A stretch of DNA of 64,000 nucleotides, taken from assembly GCA_963834415.1 (NCBI GenBank), contig CAWIBP010000003.1, forward strand, positions 89,289 to 153,288, written 5' to 3'. The DNA is from an uncultured Actinomycetes bacterium (GTDB lineage: Bacteria > Actinomycetota > Thermoleophilia > Gaiellales > JALYLC01). This document shows positions 1-10,082 of this stretch, one piece after another (positions within the stretch are counted from its first letter, which is position 1; each line of letters starts with the position of its first letter). Both the position numbers and the translations under genes were made by a program. The notes beneath the pieces were generated by a model that was given only the letters and a program-made list of their open reading frames with translations, ran no database searches and was not told the DNA's origin.

Positions 1-404
1 GACCGGCGGCTACGTCTACGCCGGGCCCGCGGCCGTGCATCAGATCGTGCTCTTCGGCTCCTACGACGGCTCGTTCTACGCGCTCAACGCGCGCACCGGC
101 ACGCAGCGCTGGAGCTTCGACGCGAGGGCGCGCATCTCCGGCTCCGCCTCGATCGTCGAACGACGTCGTCTACTTCTCGACGTTCGGCAACGGCTCGTTC
201 GGGCTCGACGTCAACACCGGACGCCAGCTCTGGCGCCGCCACGAGGGCCGCTACTCGCCGGTCGTCGCAACGCGCGACGCCTTCTACTTCACGGGCTACA
301 ACACGCTGCGGCGGCTACGGCCGCGCAGCCATCCGGCTGGACTCTTCAAGCGCGCCGACGGCAGCATCATCGCCCGCGGCGGACGCGCAGTCCGGCGGTC
401 CTGA
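1..404 (+). CDS. PQQ-like beta-propeller repeat protein, C-terminal fragment (5' end outside window; one frame break near 160)
   Basis: Reads TGGYVYAGPAAVHQIVLFGSYDGSFYALNARTGTQRWSFDA..ISGSASIV. After a 1-nt shift it continues NDVVYFSTFGNGSFGLDVNTGRQLWRRHEGRYSPVVATRDAFYFTGYN. The repeated blade pattern (aromatic-x-hD-x-x-TG-x-x-x-W) fits PQQ/BamB-like propellers. TGA at 402-404. Confidence 0.55.
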   Translation, partial: PAATSTPGPRPCIRSCSSAPTTARSTRSTRAPARSAGASTRGRASPAPPRSSNDVVYFSTFGNGSFGLDVNTGRQLWRRHEGRYSPVVATRDAFYFTGYNTLRRLRPRSHPAGLFKRADGSIIARGGRAVRRS

Positions 405-775
405 GCCGGCCTCGGCAAGCTCGTCGCGGGGCGCCACGAGGCCGCGGAAGAGCATCTCGCGCAGGGCGTCGCGCACGCTGCGCCGCGTGCGCACCAGGTC
501 GCCCTCGCGCCGTAAGCACGTCGTCCCACCAGGCGTCGAAGAGCGCCGGTACCTGCACGGCGGAGACCGAGCGGCGCATCAGCTGCTCGCCGCGATCGAG
601 CCCGAGCTCCCAGGCGGCGAGCGAGAGCAGACAGCCCGAGCCGTCGTCCGCGCTCCCCCAGTCGCCGCCCGTCGAGCTCGACGTCGCCGCGCTCGAGCGC
701 GCGCGCGAGCGCCTGGCGGGTCTGCGGCTCGAGGCCGCCGAGCGCCTGCTCGAGTGCGTGTTCCCTGGAGCTCAC
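315..775 (-). CDS. hypothetical protein (needs two frame changes; 3' end uncertain)
   Basis: ATG at 775. The high-GC3 reading runs MSSREHALEQALGGLEPQTRQALARALERGDVELDG / GDWGSADDGSGCLLSLAAWELGLDRGEQLMRRSVSAVQVPALFDAWWDDVLTARG / DLVRTRRSVRDALREMLFRGLVAPRDELAEAG across three frames. No family recognised. Confidence 0.25.
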
Positions 776-819
776 ACCGGCATGCTACCGCCGCTCGGCC
801 GCCGTCGTAGGATGCACGC

Positions 820-1050
820 GTGGCCGCGCCACGCCTGCTTCCGCTGATGACGCCACGCGGTGCGCTGGCCCTCGGCACGTTGGGTTTCGTGCTCGAGGTG
901 CTCCTGCTCACCCCGTGGGTCGACGACTTCGCCGACGAGAACGCGACCATGCACTTCACCCAGCACGGGATGATCTTCGTCGGCGGCATCCTGATGGGCT
1001 GGGCGCTGCGCGACCTGCGTCTCACGACGCTGATCAACGCGCGGCGCTGA
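820..1050 (+). CDS. small membrane protein, function unknown
   Basis: 76-aa ORF with a GTG start and two hydrophobic segments (GALALGTLGFVLEVLLL; GMIFVGGILMGWAL). It could be the front half of one membrane protein split from 1068..1679 by a frame break; this is unresolved. Confidence 0.35.
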   Translation: MAAPRLLPLMTPRGALALGTLGFVLEVLLLTPWVDDFADENATMHFTQHGMIFVGGILMGWALRDLRLTTLINARR

Positions 1051-1067
1051 GGGCTTCGCCCCGCGCG

Positions 1068-1679
1068 ATGGAATTCGTCCTCCTCCACATCCCGCACATC
1101 ATCCCGGCGATGGTCGCGATGGGGTTCCTGGGGCGGTTCGCGGCGGTCATGGCCGACCAGCCGCCGGCGGAGTTCAGCGACGAGCAGATCGCCGAGTGGC
1201 GCCGCGTGCGCAGCGAGCGCGCGCGTGCCCGCCGCGTGCGCAGGACGAGCGCCCGCCTCGGGCTGCTGAGCCTGCCGCTGCTGATCCTCGCCGTGGCGAC
1301 GGGCCTCTGGCTGTACACGATCGCGCTGCGCGACGACCGCCCCTCCGCCCTGGCGATCTGGCTGCACGTCGTGGTCAGCTGCGCCGGCGTCGCGATCGTC
1401 ACCGGCAAGGTGCTCGAGTCCGGACGCGCGCGGCTCGCGCGTGGCCTCGACCCCTCGCGCTTCTTCACCGACGGCCTCTCGCTGATCCTCGCCGCGCTGG
1501 CCGTCCCGCTGACGCTGACCGGGGTGATCCTGATCGTCTCCCCCGGCTCCGAATCGGCGAGCGCCTACGCGCACCTGATCGGCAGCGCCTGGTGGATGAC
1601 GCTGTTCGGCGTCCACCTCATGCGCTATCTCGGCCGCTCGGTCGACGCGGCGCTGCGCGGCAAGGCCGCGCCCGAGTGA
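1068..1679 (+). CDS. integral membrane protein, function unknown
   Basis: ATG at 1068, in frame with ORF 915..1679. Several predicted TM helices (IIPAMVAMGFLGRF, LGLLSLPLLILAVATGLWLY, LAIWLHVVVSCAGVAIV, LSLILAALAVPLTLTGVILIV, AWWMTLFGVHL). Codon third-position GC is high. Confidence 0.5.
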   Translation: MEFVLLHIPHIIPAMVAMGFLGRFAAVMADQPPAEFSDEQIAEWRRVRSERARARRVRRTSARLGLLSLPLLILAVATGLWLYTIALRDDRPSALAIWLHVVVSCAGVAIVTGKVLESGRARLARGLDPSRFFTDGLSLILAALAVPLTLTGVILIVSPGSESASAYAHLIGSAWWMTLFGVHLMRYLGRSVDAALRGKAAPE

Positions 1680-1680
1680 G

Positions 1681-2320
1681 CTAGAAGGGCGTGCGGGTGC
1701 CGTTGGAGAGCAGGTAGACGAGCGTGTAGAGGACGACCCAGACGACGTCGACGAAGTGCCAGTAGATGCCCGAGAGCTCGACGCCCATGTGCTGCGCCGG
1801 TGAGTAGTGCCCGCGCAGGGTGCGCAGCAGCGCGATCGCGAGCAGGATCGCGCCCACGAGCACGTGGAAGCCGTGCAGACCGGTCAGACGCGAAGAACAC
1901 GCTCGCGAAGGCGCCCGCCTCCGGCGTGAAGCTCTCGTGATGCAGCAGCGCGTACTCGCGCACCTGCAGCGCGAGGAAGACCGTCCCCATGATCAGCGTG
2001 AAGAGCAGGCCGAGCGTGAGGCCACGGCGGTTCCCGCGTTTGATCGCGATCACCGCCCAGTGCATCGTGAACGACGACGCGATCAGGATTCCGGTGTTGA
2101 TCGCGGTGCCGTCGACCGGGATCTCGAAGGGCTCCGGCGGGTACACCGGGTAGTTCGTGTAGCGGATGTAGAAGAACGCGGTGAAGAACGCGCCGAAGAG
2201 CATGATCTCCGACGCGAGGGCCACGATCACCCCGAGCATGACCCGGTCGAGATTGCCGGCAGCGCCGTAGCCCGCGGGCGGGCCCTCGTGGTGCCCGGGT
2301 GCCTCAGCGTGTGCGCTCAT
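1681..2320 (-). CDS. ctaE: cytochrome c oxidase subunit III (one frame break near 1888)
   Basis: The N-terminal part reads MSAHAEAPGHHEG...FFYIRYTNYPVYPPEPFEIPVDGTAINTGILIASSFTMHWAVIAIKRGN...LQVREYALL. The C-terminal part reads LTGLHGFHVLVGAILLAIALLRTLRGHYSPAQHMGVELSGIYWHFVDVVWVVLYTLVYL. Both match subunit III but lie in different frames; there is an extra base in GCG-T-CTG near 1888. The gene lies immediately downstream of ctaD. Confidence 0.85.
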
Positions 2321-2327
2321 GCCCGCC

Positions 2328-4251
2328 TCAATGGTGTGCCGCCGTTGCGGGCGCCTCGTCGAAGACGACGTGCCTGGCACCCGGCTGGCCGTAGTTGTAC
2401 GGGCCGCCGACCACGCGCGGTGCGCCCTCGAAGTTGAAGATCGGCGGCGGCGAGGAGACCTGCCACTCGATCGTCAGCGCACGCCACGGGTTGTCCGGGG
2501 CGGGATCGCCGCGCCACCACGAGATGATGGCGTTGTAGACGAAGATCAGCGTCGCGGCACCGAGCACGAAGGCCGAGAACGTGATGAAGAGGTTCCAGTC
2601 GGCGAACTTCTCGTCGTACGTCCAGACGCGGCGGCGCATGCCGAGCGTGCCGAGGTAGTGCTGCGGGAAGAACGTGCAGTTGAACGAGATGAAGGTCAGC
2701 CAGAAGTGCCATTGGCCGAGTTTCTCGTTGTACATCTTGCCCGTCATCTTCGGGAACCAGAAGTAGAGGCCCGCGAAGATCGTGAAGACCGACCCGCCGA
2801 ACAGCACGTAGTGGATGTGCGCCACGACGAAGTACGTGTCGGAGACCTGGATGTCGATCGGCAGGACGGCCAGCCAGATGCCGGAGAGGCCGCCGATCAC
2901 GAACGTGAACAGGAAGCCGAGCGACCACAGCATCGGCGTCGCGAGGTTGATCACGCCGCCGTACAGCGTCGCCGACCCAGGAGAAGACCTTGATGCCCGT
3001 GGGCACCGCGATCAGCATCGTCGTGATCATGATCGGCACGCGCAGCCAGGGCTGGATGCCGGCCACGAACATGTGGTGCGCCCACACCGAGAAGCCGAGC
3101 ACGCCGATCGAGACCGTCGAGAACGCCAGCGCGCGGTAGCCGAAGATCGGCTTGCGCGCCATCACGGAGATGATCTCGCTGATGATCCCGAACCCGGGCA
3201 GCATCATGATGTAGACGGCCGGGTGTGAGTAGAACCAGAAGATGTGCTGGTACATGATCGTGGAGCCGCCCTCGGCCACGTCGAAGAACTTCGTGTGCAT
3301 GACGCGGTCGAACATGACCATGAACTGCGAGCCCGCGATGAACGGCGTGCCGAGCACGACGAGCGCCGAGGTCGTGAGGTTGGCCCAGACGAGCAGCGGC
3401 ATGCGCGAGAGCGTCATGCCGGGGGCGCGCATCGTCAGGATCGTGACGATGAAGTTGACCGCGGTCAGGATCGACGACGTGCCGGCGAACTGGACGCCCA
3501 TGTTGAAGAACGTGCCCTGGTCGGTCGGGTCGGCGGTCGAGAGCGTCGCGTAGCCCGTCCAGCCGGTGTTGAAGCCGCCCCAGAGCAGGCTCAGCACCAT
3601 GATGACGCCGGCCGGTCGGGAGCATCCAGAACGACAGCGCGTTGAGGCGCGGGAAGGCCATGTCCTCGGCGCGCCGATCATCAGCGGCAGCACGTAGTTC
3701 GCGAGCCCCGCGAAGGCCGGGATGATGAACAGGAAGATCATGATCGACGCGTGCGTCGAGATCAGGCCGTTGTAGGTGTCGCCCTCGAAGTACGTGTTCG
3801 TCGGCGAGGCGAGCTGCGCGCGGAAGGCCTCCGCGAGCATGCCGCCGATCAGGAAGAAGACGAACGTCGTGACGAGGTACTGGATGCCGATCACCTTGTG
3901 ATCGGTGTTGACCTTGAAGTAGTCGCGCCAGCTGTACGCGCCGTGGTCGTCGTGGCCCTCGGGCAGCTTGGCGCCGACGATGTAGCGGGCCCAGTAGTCG
4001 AAGCAGCCGATGCCGGCGAGGAAGCCGAGCGGCACGATGATCATCAGGCAGGTCGAGACGACCTGGTACTGGAACCACGGCCAGCCGACGGCGACGCGCA
4101 CGAGCGACGGGATCGCGACGGCGATCACCGCCGAGATGGCGGTCCAGATCAGCGCGCGCCACCAGCCGGGGCGCGTCAGGATGCTGCCGCCCTTGCCCGG
4201 CCGGCCGTACGACGAGACGTTCGGGGTGGAAGGTGTGGTGACGACGCTCAT
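2328..4251 (-). CDS. ctaD: cytochrome c oxidase subunit I with N-terminal extension (frame breaks near 3672, 3612 and 2975)
   Basis: Signatures: [52 protein letters not shown]. The conserved [19 protein letters not shown] segment is only readable in the alternate frame between about 3612 and 3672, a compensating pair of breaks. The C-terminal 208 aa (ORF 2328..2954) are in a third frame. ATGA overlap with the ctaC stop at 4248-4251. Confidence 0.9.
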
Positions 4252-5342
4252 CCCGTGCCTCCCTTCGCCAGGTATGCGACCAGGTCATCGATTTGCTCGG
4301 GCTCGAGGGTCTCGCCGAACTTCTCCGGCATGAGGCCCGGCGAGGAGCCCTCGGAGATGTAGGCGTTGGGCTCGACGATCGATTCCTCGATGAAGCCGGC
4401 GAGATCGGCGGCCTCCGTCTTGCCCTCCGACTTCGCCTGCTCGAAGCTCGCGTTCATGTCGTTCAGCGCCGGGCCCGCGGTGCCCGCGGACTTGGCGGGC
4501 GTGAACGCGTGGCAGCCGCCGCAGCCCGAGGAGGTGAAGACCGCGAGGCCGGGATTCGAGTCGGCGGTCTGCTTGGCCTCCGCGGCCTCCTGCTTGGCCG
4601 TCGCGAGCCACTCGGCGAACTTCGCCTTCGAGAGCACGTGGATGTTCTTGAACTTCATCTGTCCGTGGCCGGAGCCGCACAGCTCGGTGCACTGCACCTC
4701 ATAGGTGCCCACGCGCGTCGGCGTGATCCACGTGGTGCCGACCGTCTTGCCCTGGACGCCCGGCGTCGCGTCCTGCTTGACGCCCCACTCCGGCACCCAG
4801 AAGCCGTGGATGACCTCGTTCCTCTTCGCGTCTCCGGGCTGGTAGCGCGGCGTGACCATGTGCATCGTGAACGTCTCGTCGACCGGCACGTAGAGCCCGT
4901 CGTTGCGGACGAACGCGCCGTCGCTGTCATAGCGGTAGTCGAAGCCGAAGCTGTAGGCGATGACCGTGATCTCGCGCGCGTCCTTGGCGTGCGCCTCGTT
5001 GTCGTCGAGCACGATCGCGCCCCAGACGCCGAAGACGGCGACGATCACGAGCGGAATCGCGGTCCAGACGATCTCGAGCAGCGTGTTGCCGTGCGTGGGA
5101 TCGCCGTCGCGCAGGTCGGACGGGCCGCGCTGCCGGAACTTCCAGATCGAGTAGGCCATCGCGACGACGACGACGCCGAGGATCACGAACGACATGTACG
5201 TGATCGCGATGAACAGCGGGAAGATGTTCGCCGACTGCTGCGAGGCCTCGGTCGGGAACCAGTCGACGATCCAGATGAAGAACGCCGAGAGGATGATGCC
5301 GAGCACGGTGCCGAGCACGACGAACTGCGCGATGCGTTTCAC
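4248..5342 (-). CDS. ctaC: cytochrome c oxidase subunit II with fused C-terminal cytochrome c domain (caa3 type)
   Basis: Intact 364-aa ORF. It has two N-terminal TM helices, the CuA site CTELCGSGHGQM, and a C-terminal haem-c motif CGGCH followed by a Met-containing tail. Confidence 0.92.
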   Translation of the reverse strand: MKRIAQFVVLGTVLGIILSAFFIWIVDWFPTEASQQSANIFPLFIAITYMSFVILGVVVVAMAYSIWKFRQRGPSDLRDGDPTHGNTLLEIVWTAIPLVIVAVFGVWGAIVLDDNEAHAKDAREITVIAYSFGFDYRYDSDGAFVRNDGLYVPVDETFTMHMVTPRYQPGDAKRNEVIHGFWVPEWGVKQDATPGVQGKTVGTTWITPTRVGTYEVQCTELCGSGHGQMKFKNIHVLSKAKFAEWLATAKQEAAEAKQTADSNPGLAVFTSSGCGGCHAFTPAKSAGTAGPALNDMNASFEQAKSEGKTEAADLAGFIEESIVEPNAYISEGSSPGLMPEKFGETLEPEQIDDLVAYLAKGGTG

Positions 5343-5447
5343 CGGAGCTGATCCCCTGCCTGCAGCACGCCGCGGATCCTACAGCCACCGGCCCCTGCGG
5401 CGCGGCTCCGACCGGCGTTGATTGTGCGCTTCGCTACGGTACCCCGG

Positions 5448-7606
5448 ATGGCCTCGCCCGCATCGGTCCGACTTGCGCCGATCCGCACGAAACTCGCGCT
5501 CCCATGCGCGTTTGCCGCCCTGCTCACGCTTTGCACTCTAGCGACAACGGCGGCCGCGCGCTCGCCGCAGCCGCCCGTCGGCCGGGCGGTCTTTGTCACG
5601 CCCGCGGGCGAGCGCGACGCGGCCCGCGCGGCGGTGCTCGCTACCGGCGGCGTCGCCGTGGGCTGGGTCGGTGGCCGGCTCAAGACGGCGCTCTCGCCCG
5701 CCGAGCTCGCAGCCGTGCGCCGCTCGCCCGCGATCGCACGGGCCGAGATCGCCGAGACCTCCTCCCCCGACGCCGTCGTCACCCAGGGCGTCGCGCTCAC
5801 GGGCGCCGACGCGCTGCTCAGGGCCGGCCGCACCGGCGCGGGCGTGAGGATCGCGGTGCTCGACCAGGCCTTCGGGGCGGCGAGCCGCCTGGACGCGCTC
5901 GCCGGCACCGAGCTGCCGCCGCTCGAGCGCCAGCACCGGCTGACGTTCGACCAGACCTACGGGCTCGCAGGCCGCGACCACAACGGCAACAGCTCGCGCC
6001 ATGGCGAGTTCGTCACCGAGATCACGTACGACCTGGCACCCGGCGCCAGCTACTGGTTCCTCAACTACCACACGCCCGATGAGTTCGGCCAGGCCGCCGA
6101 CTACATCGCCAACGTGCTCAAGCCGGACATCGTCGTGCACTCGAACTCGTTTCTCTTCGGCCCCTTCGACGGCAGCGGCTGGTTCGCGCGCAAGGTCGAT
6201 GCGGCGACCGCGGCCGGGGTGCTCTGGATCAACTCGGCGGGCAACTACCGCACGCGCCACTGGGAAGGCGCGTGGAGCGACGCCGACGGCGACGGCAACC
6301 TCGACGTGCCGGGCGACGGCAACGCCTTCCGCTTCGACCTGGCGCTCTCGCAGCGACCCGCGTGCGACCTCTCGTGGGCGGGCGCGACCGGCGATCCGGG
6401 CAGCTACTACCGGCTCGCGCTCTTCGCGGACGCCGCGCCTGACGACGCCGGCGCTCGACCGCGTGAGCGGCGCGCCGATCCAGTCGAACGGGCTGAGCGC
6501 TTTGCCCGAGCCGCACGCCGACCTGCCGCCGGCGGTGCTCACGGCCGCGGGCACGCACTACCTGAGCGTGCGCCGCGTCGGCACGCCGCCGCCGGAGCGG
6601 CTGACGCTCTACTGCCGCATGGACCTGTCGCCGACCGCGCAGGTCACGGCCTCGAGCTCCCCCACCCCCGGTGACGCGCGCGGGGCGTTCTCGGTGGCCG
6701 CGTTCGACGTGACGACGCTGCTGCACGAGTCGTACTCCTCCGAGGGGCCGACCGACGACGGGCGGCCGAAGCCCGACATCAGCGCCCCCACCAACGTCGC
6801 GATCACGCCCGGAGACCCGGCCTCGACGGTCGCGAACGCCTGCGGCGGCACCTCGTGCGCCGACGCCGCACGTCGCCGGCGCCGCAGCGCTGCTGTGGGG
6901 CGAGGTGGCGGCCGACGGCGGTGCGGGCAGCGTGGCCCAGCGCGTGCGCGACCGCCTCGTCGCCCAGGTCTTCGACATGGGCGCCCCGGGGGCCGACTCC
7001 CTGTTCGGCGCCGGGCGCCTGCGGCTCGACCTCGCACCACCGCAGCTCGGCACGCCCGTGCCCGCGCCCGACTCGCTCGTGCGCGGCACCGTCGCGCTCG
7101 CCTTTCCGCTCGCCGACGCGGGGTCGATCGGGCTCGTCCGCCTGACGATCGACGGCGTCGCGCTGGCCGCGGCGCTGACGCCCGAGGGGGTCGTGCAGGC
7201 GAGCTGGCCGACCGCCGGGCTGCCCGCGGGCCCGCACGCGCTCGAGCTCATGGTCTCCGACCAGACGGGCAACGTCGCCACCTATCGCAGCACGCTGCGC
7301 GTCGACAACGAGGCGCCGCGCGTGCGCCTGCGCGGCCCTCAGGTCACGCGCGCGGGCACGAAGGTGCGCATCCAGGCCTCCGTGCTCGACCCGGGCAGCG
7401 GCCTCGCCGAGCGCCCGCGCATCACGTTCGGCGACGGCAAGGCGGCCTCCGGCTTCCGGCTCGCGCACCGCTACACGCGCGCAGGGCGCTACACGGTGAC
7501 GATTCGCGCCACCGACCGCGCGGGCAACACCGCCCAGGTGCGGCGCGCGCTGCGCGTACGTGCCGTTCCGGGCAAGCTCGCGCCTGCGCGGGACGCGTCG
7601 CGGTAG
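5448..7606 (+). CDS. secreted S8 (subtilase) family serine peptidase with C-terminal PKD/Ig-like domains (frame breaks near 6440 and 6868)
   Basis: Signal-like N-terminus MASPASVRLAPIRTKLALPCAFAALLTLCTLATTAAA. Asp box VRIAVLDQAF, His box SRHGEFVTEITYDLAPGA, SAGNYRTRHWEG, and Ser box GGTS.A.APHVAGAAALLW (split by the second break). The C-terminal part reads RITFGDGKAASGFRLAHRYTRAGRYTVTIRATDRAGN, which is PKD-like. An alternative TTG start lies at 5418. Confidence 0.75.
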
Positions 7607-7634
7607 GAGGCCGGAGCAGGGATAGACTGGCGGC

Positions 7635-8546
7635 GTGACCACCGGTGGAGCCAGCACGGGTCTCGCTCCCGCGGCGGGCCTCGGGACACACCTCGCGGCC
7701 GATTACTGGCAGCTGCTGAAGCCGCGCATCATGCTGCTGATCGTGATCACGACGATCGGCTCGCTCGCGCTCGCAGCGCGCGGCTGGCCCTCGACGGCTC
7801 TCGTCGCCTGGACGGTCGTCGGCCTCACGCTCGTCTCGGGGGGATCGAGCGTGATCAACCACTGGTACGACCGCGACATCGACGCGCTGATGGAGCGCAC
7901 GAGCTCGCGGCCCGTCGCCAGCGGTCGCGTCGCGCCAGGTGCCGCGCTGGCCTACGGGCTGGTGCTCGCGGCGGCCGGGGTCGCGCTCCTGGCGCTCCAG
8001 GTGCACTGGCTCGCTGCGCTCTGGGCGTTCGCCGGATTCGTCTGCTACGTGGTCGTCTACACGATCTGGCTGAAGCGCCGCACGCCCCAGAACATCGTGA
8101 TCGGCGGCGCGTCGGGCGCCGTGCCCCCGCTCGTCGCCTGGGCGGCCGTGGACGGCGCGGTGAGCGCGACCGCGGTCGCGCTGTTCGTGATCGTCTTCCT
8201 CTGGACGCCGCCCCACTTCTGGGCCGTCGCCCTGCTGCTCGACGAGGACTACGCGCGCGCCGGGGTGCCGATGCTGCCGACCGTGCGCGGCGCCAGGGCG
8301 AGCGCGCGCCAGATCCTCGTCTACACGGTGCTGCTCGTGCTCTCGTCGCTCGTGCCCGTCGCGCTCGGCACCCTCGGCTGGGTCTACGCCGCGGCCGCGC
8401 TGCTGCTCGGCGCGCGCTTCATCTGGCTCGCCGTGCTGCTCCTGCGCGCGCCCGAGGATCGCGCCGTCGCGCGCCGCACGTTCCTCTACTCGCTGCTCTA
8501 CCTCGCGCTGCTGTTCGTCGCCATGGGCGTCGACAGCGCGCTCTAG
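7635..8546 (+). CDS. ctaB: protohaem IX farnesyltransferase (haem O synthase)
   Basis: Intact 303-aa ORF. UbiA-type motifs NHWYDRDIDALMERTSSRPVASG and WTPPHFWAVALLLDEDYARAGVPMLP. Multi-TM. Next to the cta genes. Confidence 0.92.
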   Translation: MTTGGASTGLAPAAGLGTHLAADYWQLLKPRIMLLIVITTIGSLALAARGWPSTALVAWTVVGLTLVSGGSSVINHWYDRDIDALMERTSSRPVASGRVAPGAALAYGLVLAAAGVALLALQVHWLAALWAFAGFVCYVVVYTIWLKRRTPQNIVIGGASGAVPPLVAWAAVDGAVSATAVALFVIVFLWTPPHFWAVALLLDEDYARAGVPMLPTVRGARASARQILVYTVLLVLSSLVPVALGTLGWVYAAAALLLGARFIWLAVLLLRAPEDRAVARRTFLYSLLYLALLFVAMGVDSAL

Positions 8547-8551
8547 CCGGA

Positions 8552-9055
8552 TCAGGCGGCGCGGCGCTCGAGCACGGTGACCATGCTCGAGGCCTCCTCG
8601 CGCATCGAGACCGGCGTCACCGCGGTCTCGTCGCCGAACAGCGGATCACGGCTCGAGTAGCCCGAGCCGGCATGGCGCAGCTGACGCGCGACGTGCGTCT
8701 CGTCGTTGATCACGAGCGGCGCGGCGAGATCGACGGTGGCGGAGCGCATCTCGTCGCCGACGTCCACGAGGCAGTAGATCGACAGCTGATCGGCGCTGCT
8801 CACGCCGAGCGAGCGCAGGTCGGAGTCGGGAAGCTCGATCTCGTAGTCCCAGTGGAATGCCCATGGCAGCACGATCGGCAGCGCGACGTCGGGGTCGTCG
8901 AGCGACTGGAGCCAGAGGAAGACGGAGTCCGCGCGGCGCTTGAGGATCGCGAACCACTCGAGATGGGCGAGCCCGGCCACGCCATCGGGAAAGCGCAGGG
9001 CTGCGCCGTCGTCGATCTCGAAGCGGCCGAAGCGCGCGGAGCGGAAGCTCGCCAT
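8552..9055 (-). CDS. fliW: flagellar assembly factor FliW
   Basis: Intact 167-aa ORF. It shows the FliW pattern F(P)DG..G(L)....F.IL......F.WLQSL.D..V...V..P......Y.I.L......L.......L.IY.LV..........T.DL.APLVIN......ARQL. No csrA or flagellin gene lies adjacent. Confidence 0.8.
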   Translation of the reverse strand: MASFRSARFGRFEIDDGAALRFPDGVAGLAHLEWFAILKRRADSVFLWLQSLDDPDVALPIVLPWAFHWDYEIELPDSDLRSLGVSSADQLSIYCLVDVGDEMRSATVDLAAPLVINDETHVARQLRHAGSGYSSRDPLFGDETAVTPVSMREEASSMVTVLERRAA

Positions 9056-9256
9056 ACGGGTTAGCTATCGGCAGGCCGCGGCACACATTGAGAACCCGTT
9101 TCGGGGGATCCTGCGTTTCTGCGGCGAGATCTGCCGATGTGCGTCTCCGCGTGCCCGGGCCGGGTGCGCCGAATGCCGTGCTCGAGGCCCGATCGAGGCG
9201 CCTCGCGGCGTCGCCGGGCGCGCTCCGCCGTCCGATCGCGCTGCTATCACCATGGT

Positions 9257-10066
9257 GTGCTCGATGCTCGGCTGCGCAGCGATCGGCTCGCCCTCGCCGC
9301 CGCCCTGGGACTCGCACTGCTCGGTGCCCTGGCGGCGATGGCGATCCCGCCGCTGACCCCGATCCTGCTCGCTCCGGCAGTCGTCCTCGCCGCGACCGCC
9401 CGTCCGGCCGGGCTGCTGCTCGCGCCGCTCGCCGCGGCGCTGCCGATGCCGCTCGCGCTGCGGATCGCGCTGCTGGCAGCGGCCGGCGCGGCGGCGCTCG
9501 CAGCGGCGCTCGCGGCGAGCCACCGCCGCGGGCTCGAGCGCCGCGCCCTGATCGATCCCCTGACGGGGCTCTACCGCGCCGAGTTCTTCAGCGAGGCGCT
9601 CGAGGTCGAGCTGCGGCGCGTGGGGCGCTACGGCGGCGAGGTCGCGCTCGTCGTGCTCGATCTCGACGACTTCAAGCAGGTCAACGACCAGCACGGACAC
9701 GCCGCCGGCAACGAGGTGCTGCGCCGCGCCGGCGCCGTCGTGCGCAAGGCGGCGCGCGACTCCGACCTCGCGGCGCGCTTCGGCGGCGAGGAGCTCGTGC
9801 TGCTCGTTCGCGGCGACGAGCGCGCGGCCACGCGCGCGGCCGCACGCGTCGTCGAGGGCCTGCGCGACGCGCACTTCGCGGGCGGCCTGCACGTGACGTG
9901 CTCGGCGGGCGTCGCTGCGCTCGCCGCGGGCGGCGACTCGGCGGCGCTCTTCGCCGCCGCCGACGAGGCGCTCTACGAGGCCAAGCGCCGCGGCAAGAAC
10001 CGCGTCGTCGTCGCGCGACCCGCGGGCGCGCAGGAACACGGGCAGCGCATCCGCCGCAGCGCCTGA
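9257..10066 (+). CDS. membrane-anchored GGDEF-domain diguanylate cyclase
   Basis: GTG at 9257, in frame with ORF 9137..10066. The N-terminus is Ala/Leu-rich with TM segments. It continues DPLTGLYRAEFF...VVLDLDDFKQVNDQHGHAAGNEVL, has an RxxD I-site (RDSD) five residues before the active-site motif GGEEL (a variant of GG[D/E]EF), and ends ADEALYEAKRRGKNRV. Confidence 0.8.
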   Translation: MLDARLRSDRLALAAALGLALLGALAAMAIPPLTPILLAPAVVLAATARPAGLLLAPLAAALPMPLALRIALLAAAGAAALAAALAASHRRGLERRALIDPLTGLYRAEFFSEALEVELRRVGRYGGEVALVVLDLDDFKQVNDQHGHAAGNEVLRRAGAVVRKAARDSDLAARFGGEELVLLVRGDERAATRAAARVVEGLRDAHFAGGLHVTCSAGVAALAAGGDSAALFAAADEALYEAKRRGKNRVVVARPAGAQEHGQRIRRSA

Positions 10067-10082
10067 GCGCCTGCCCTGCGGG

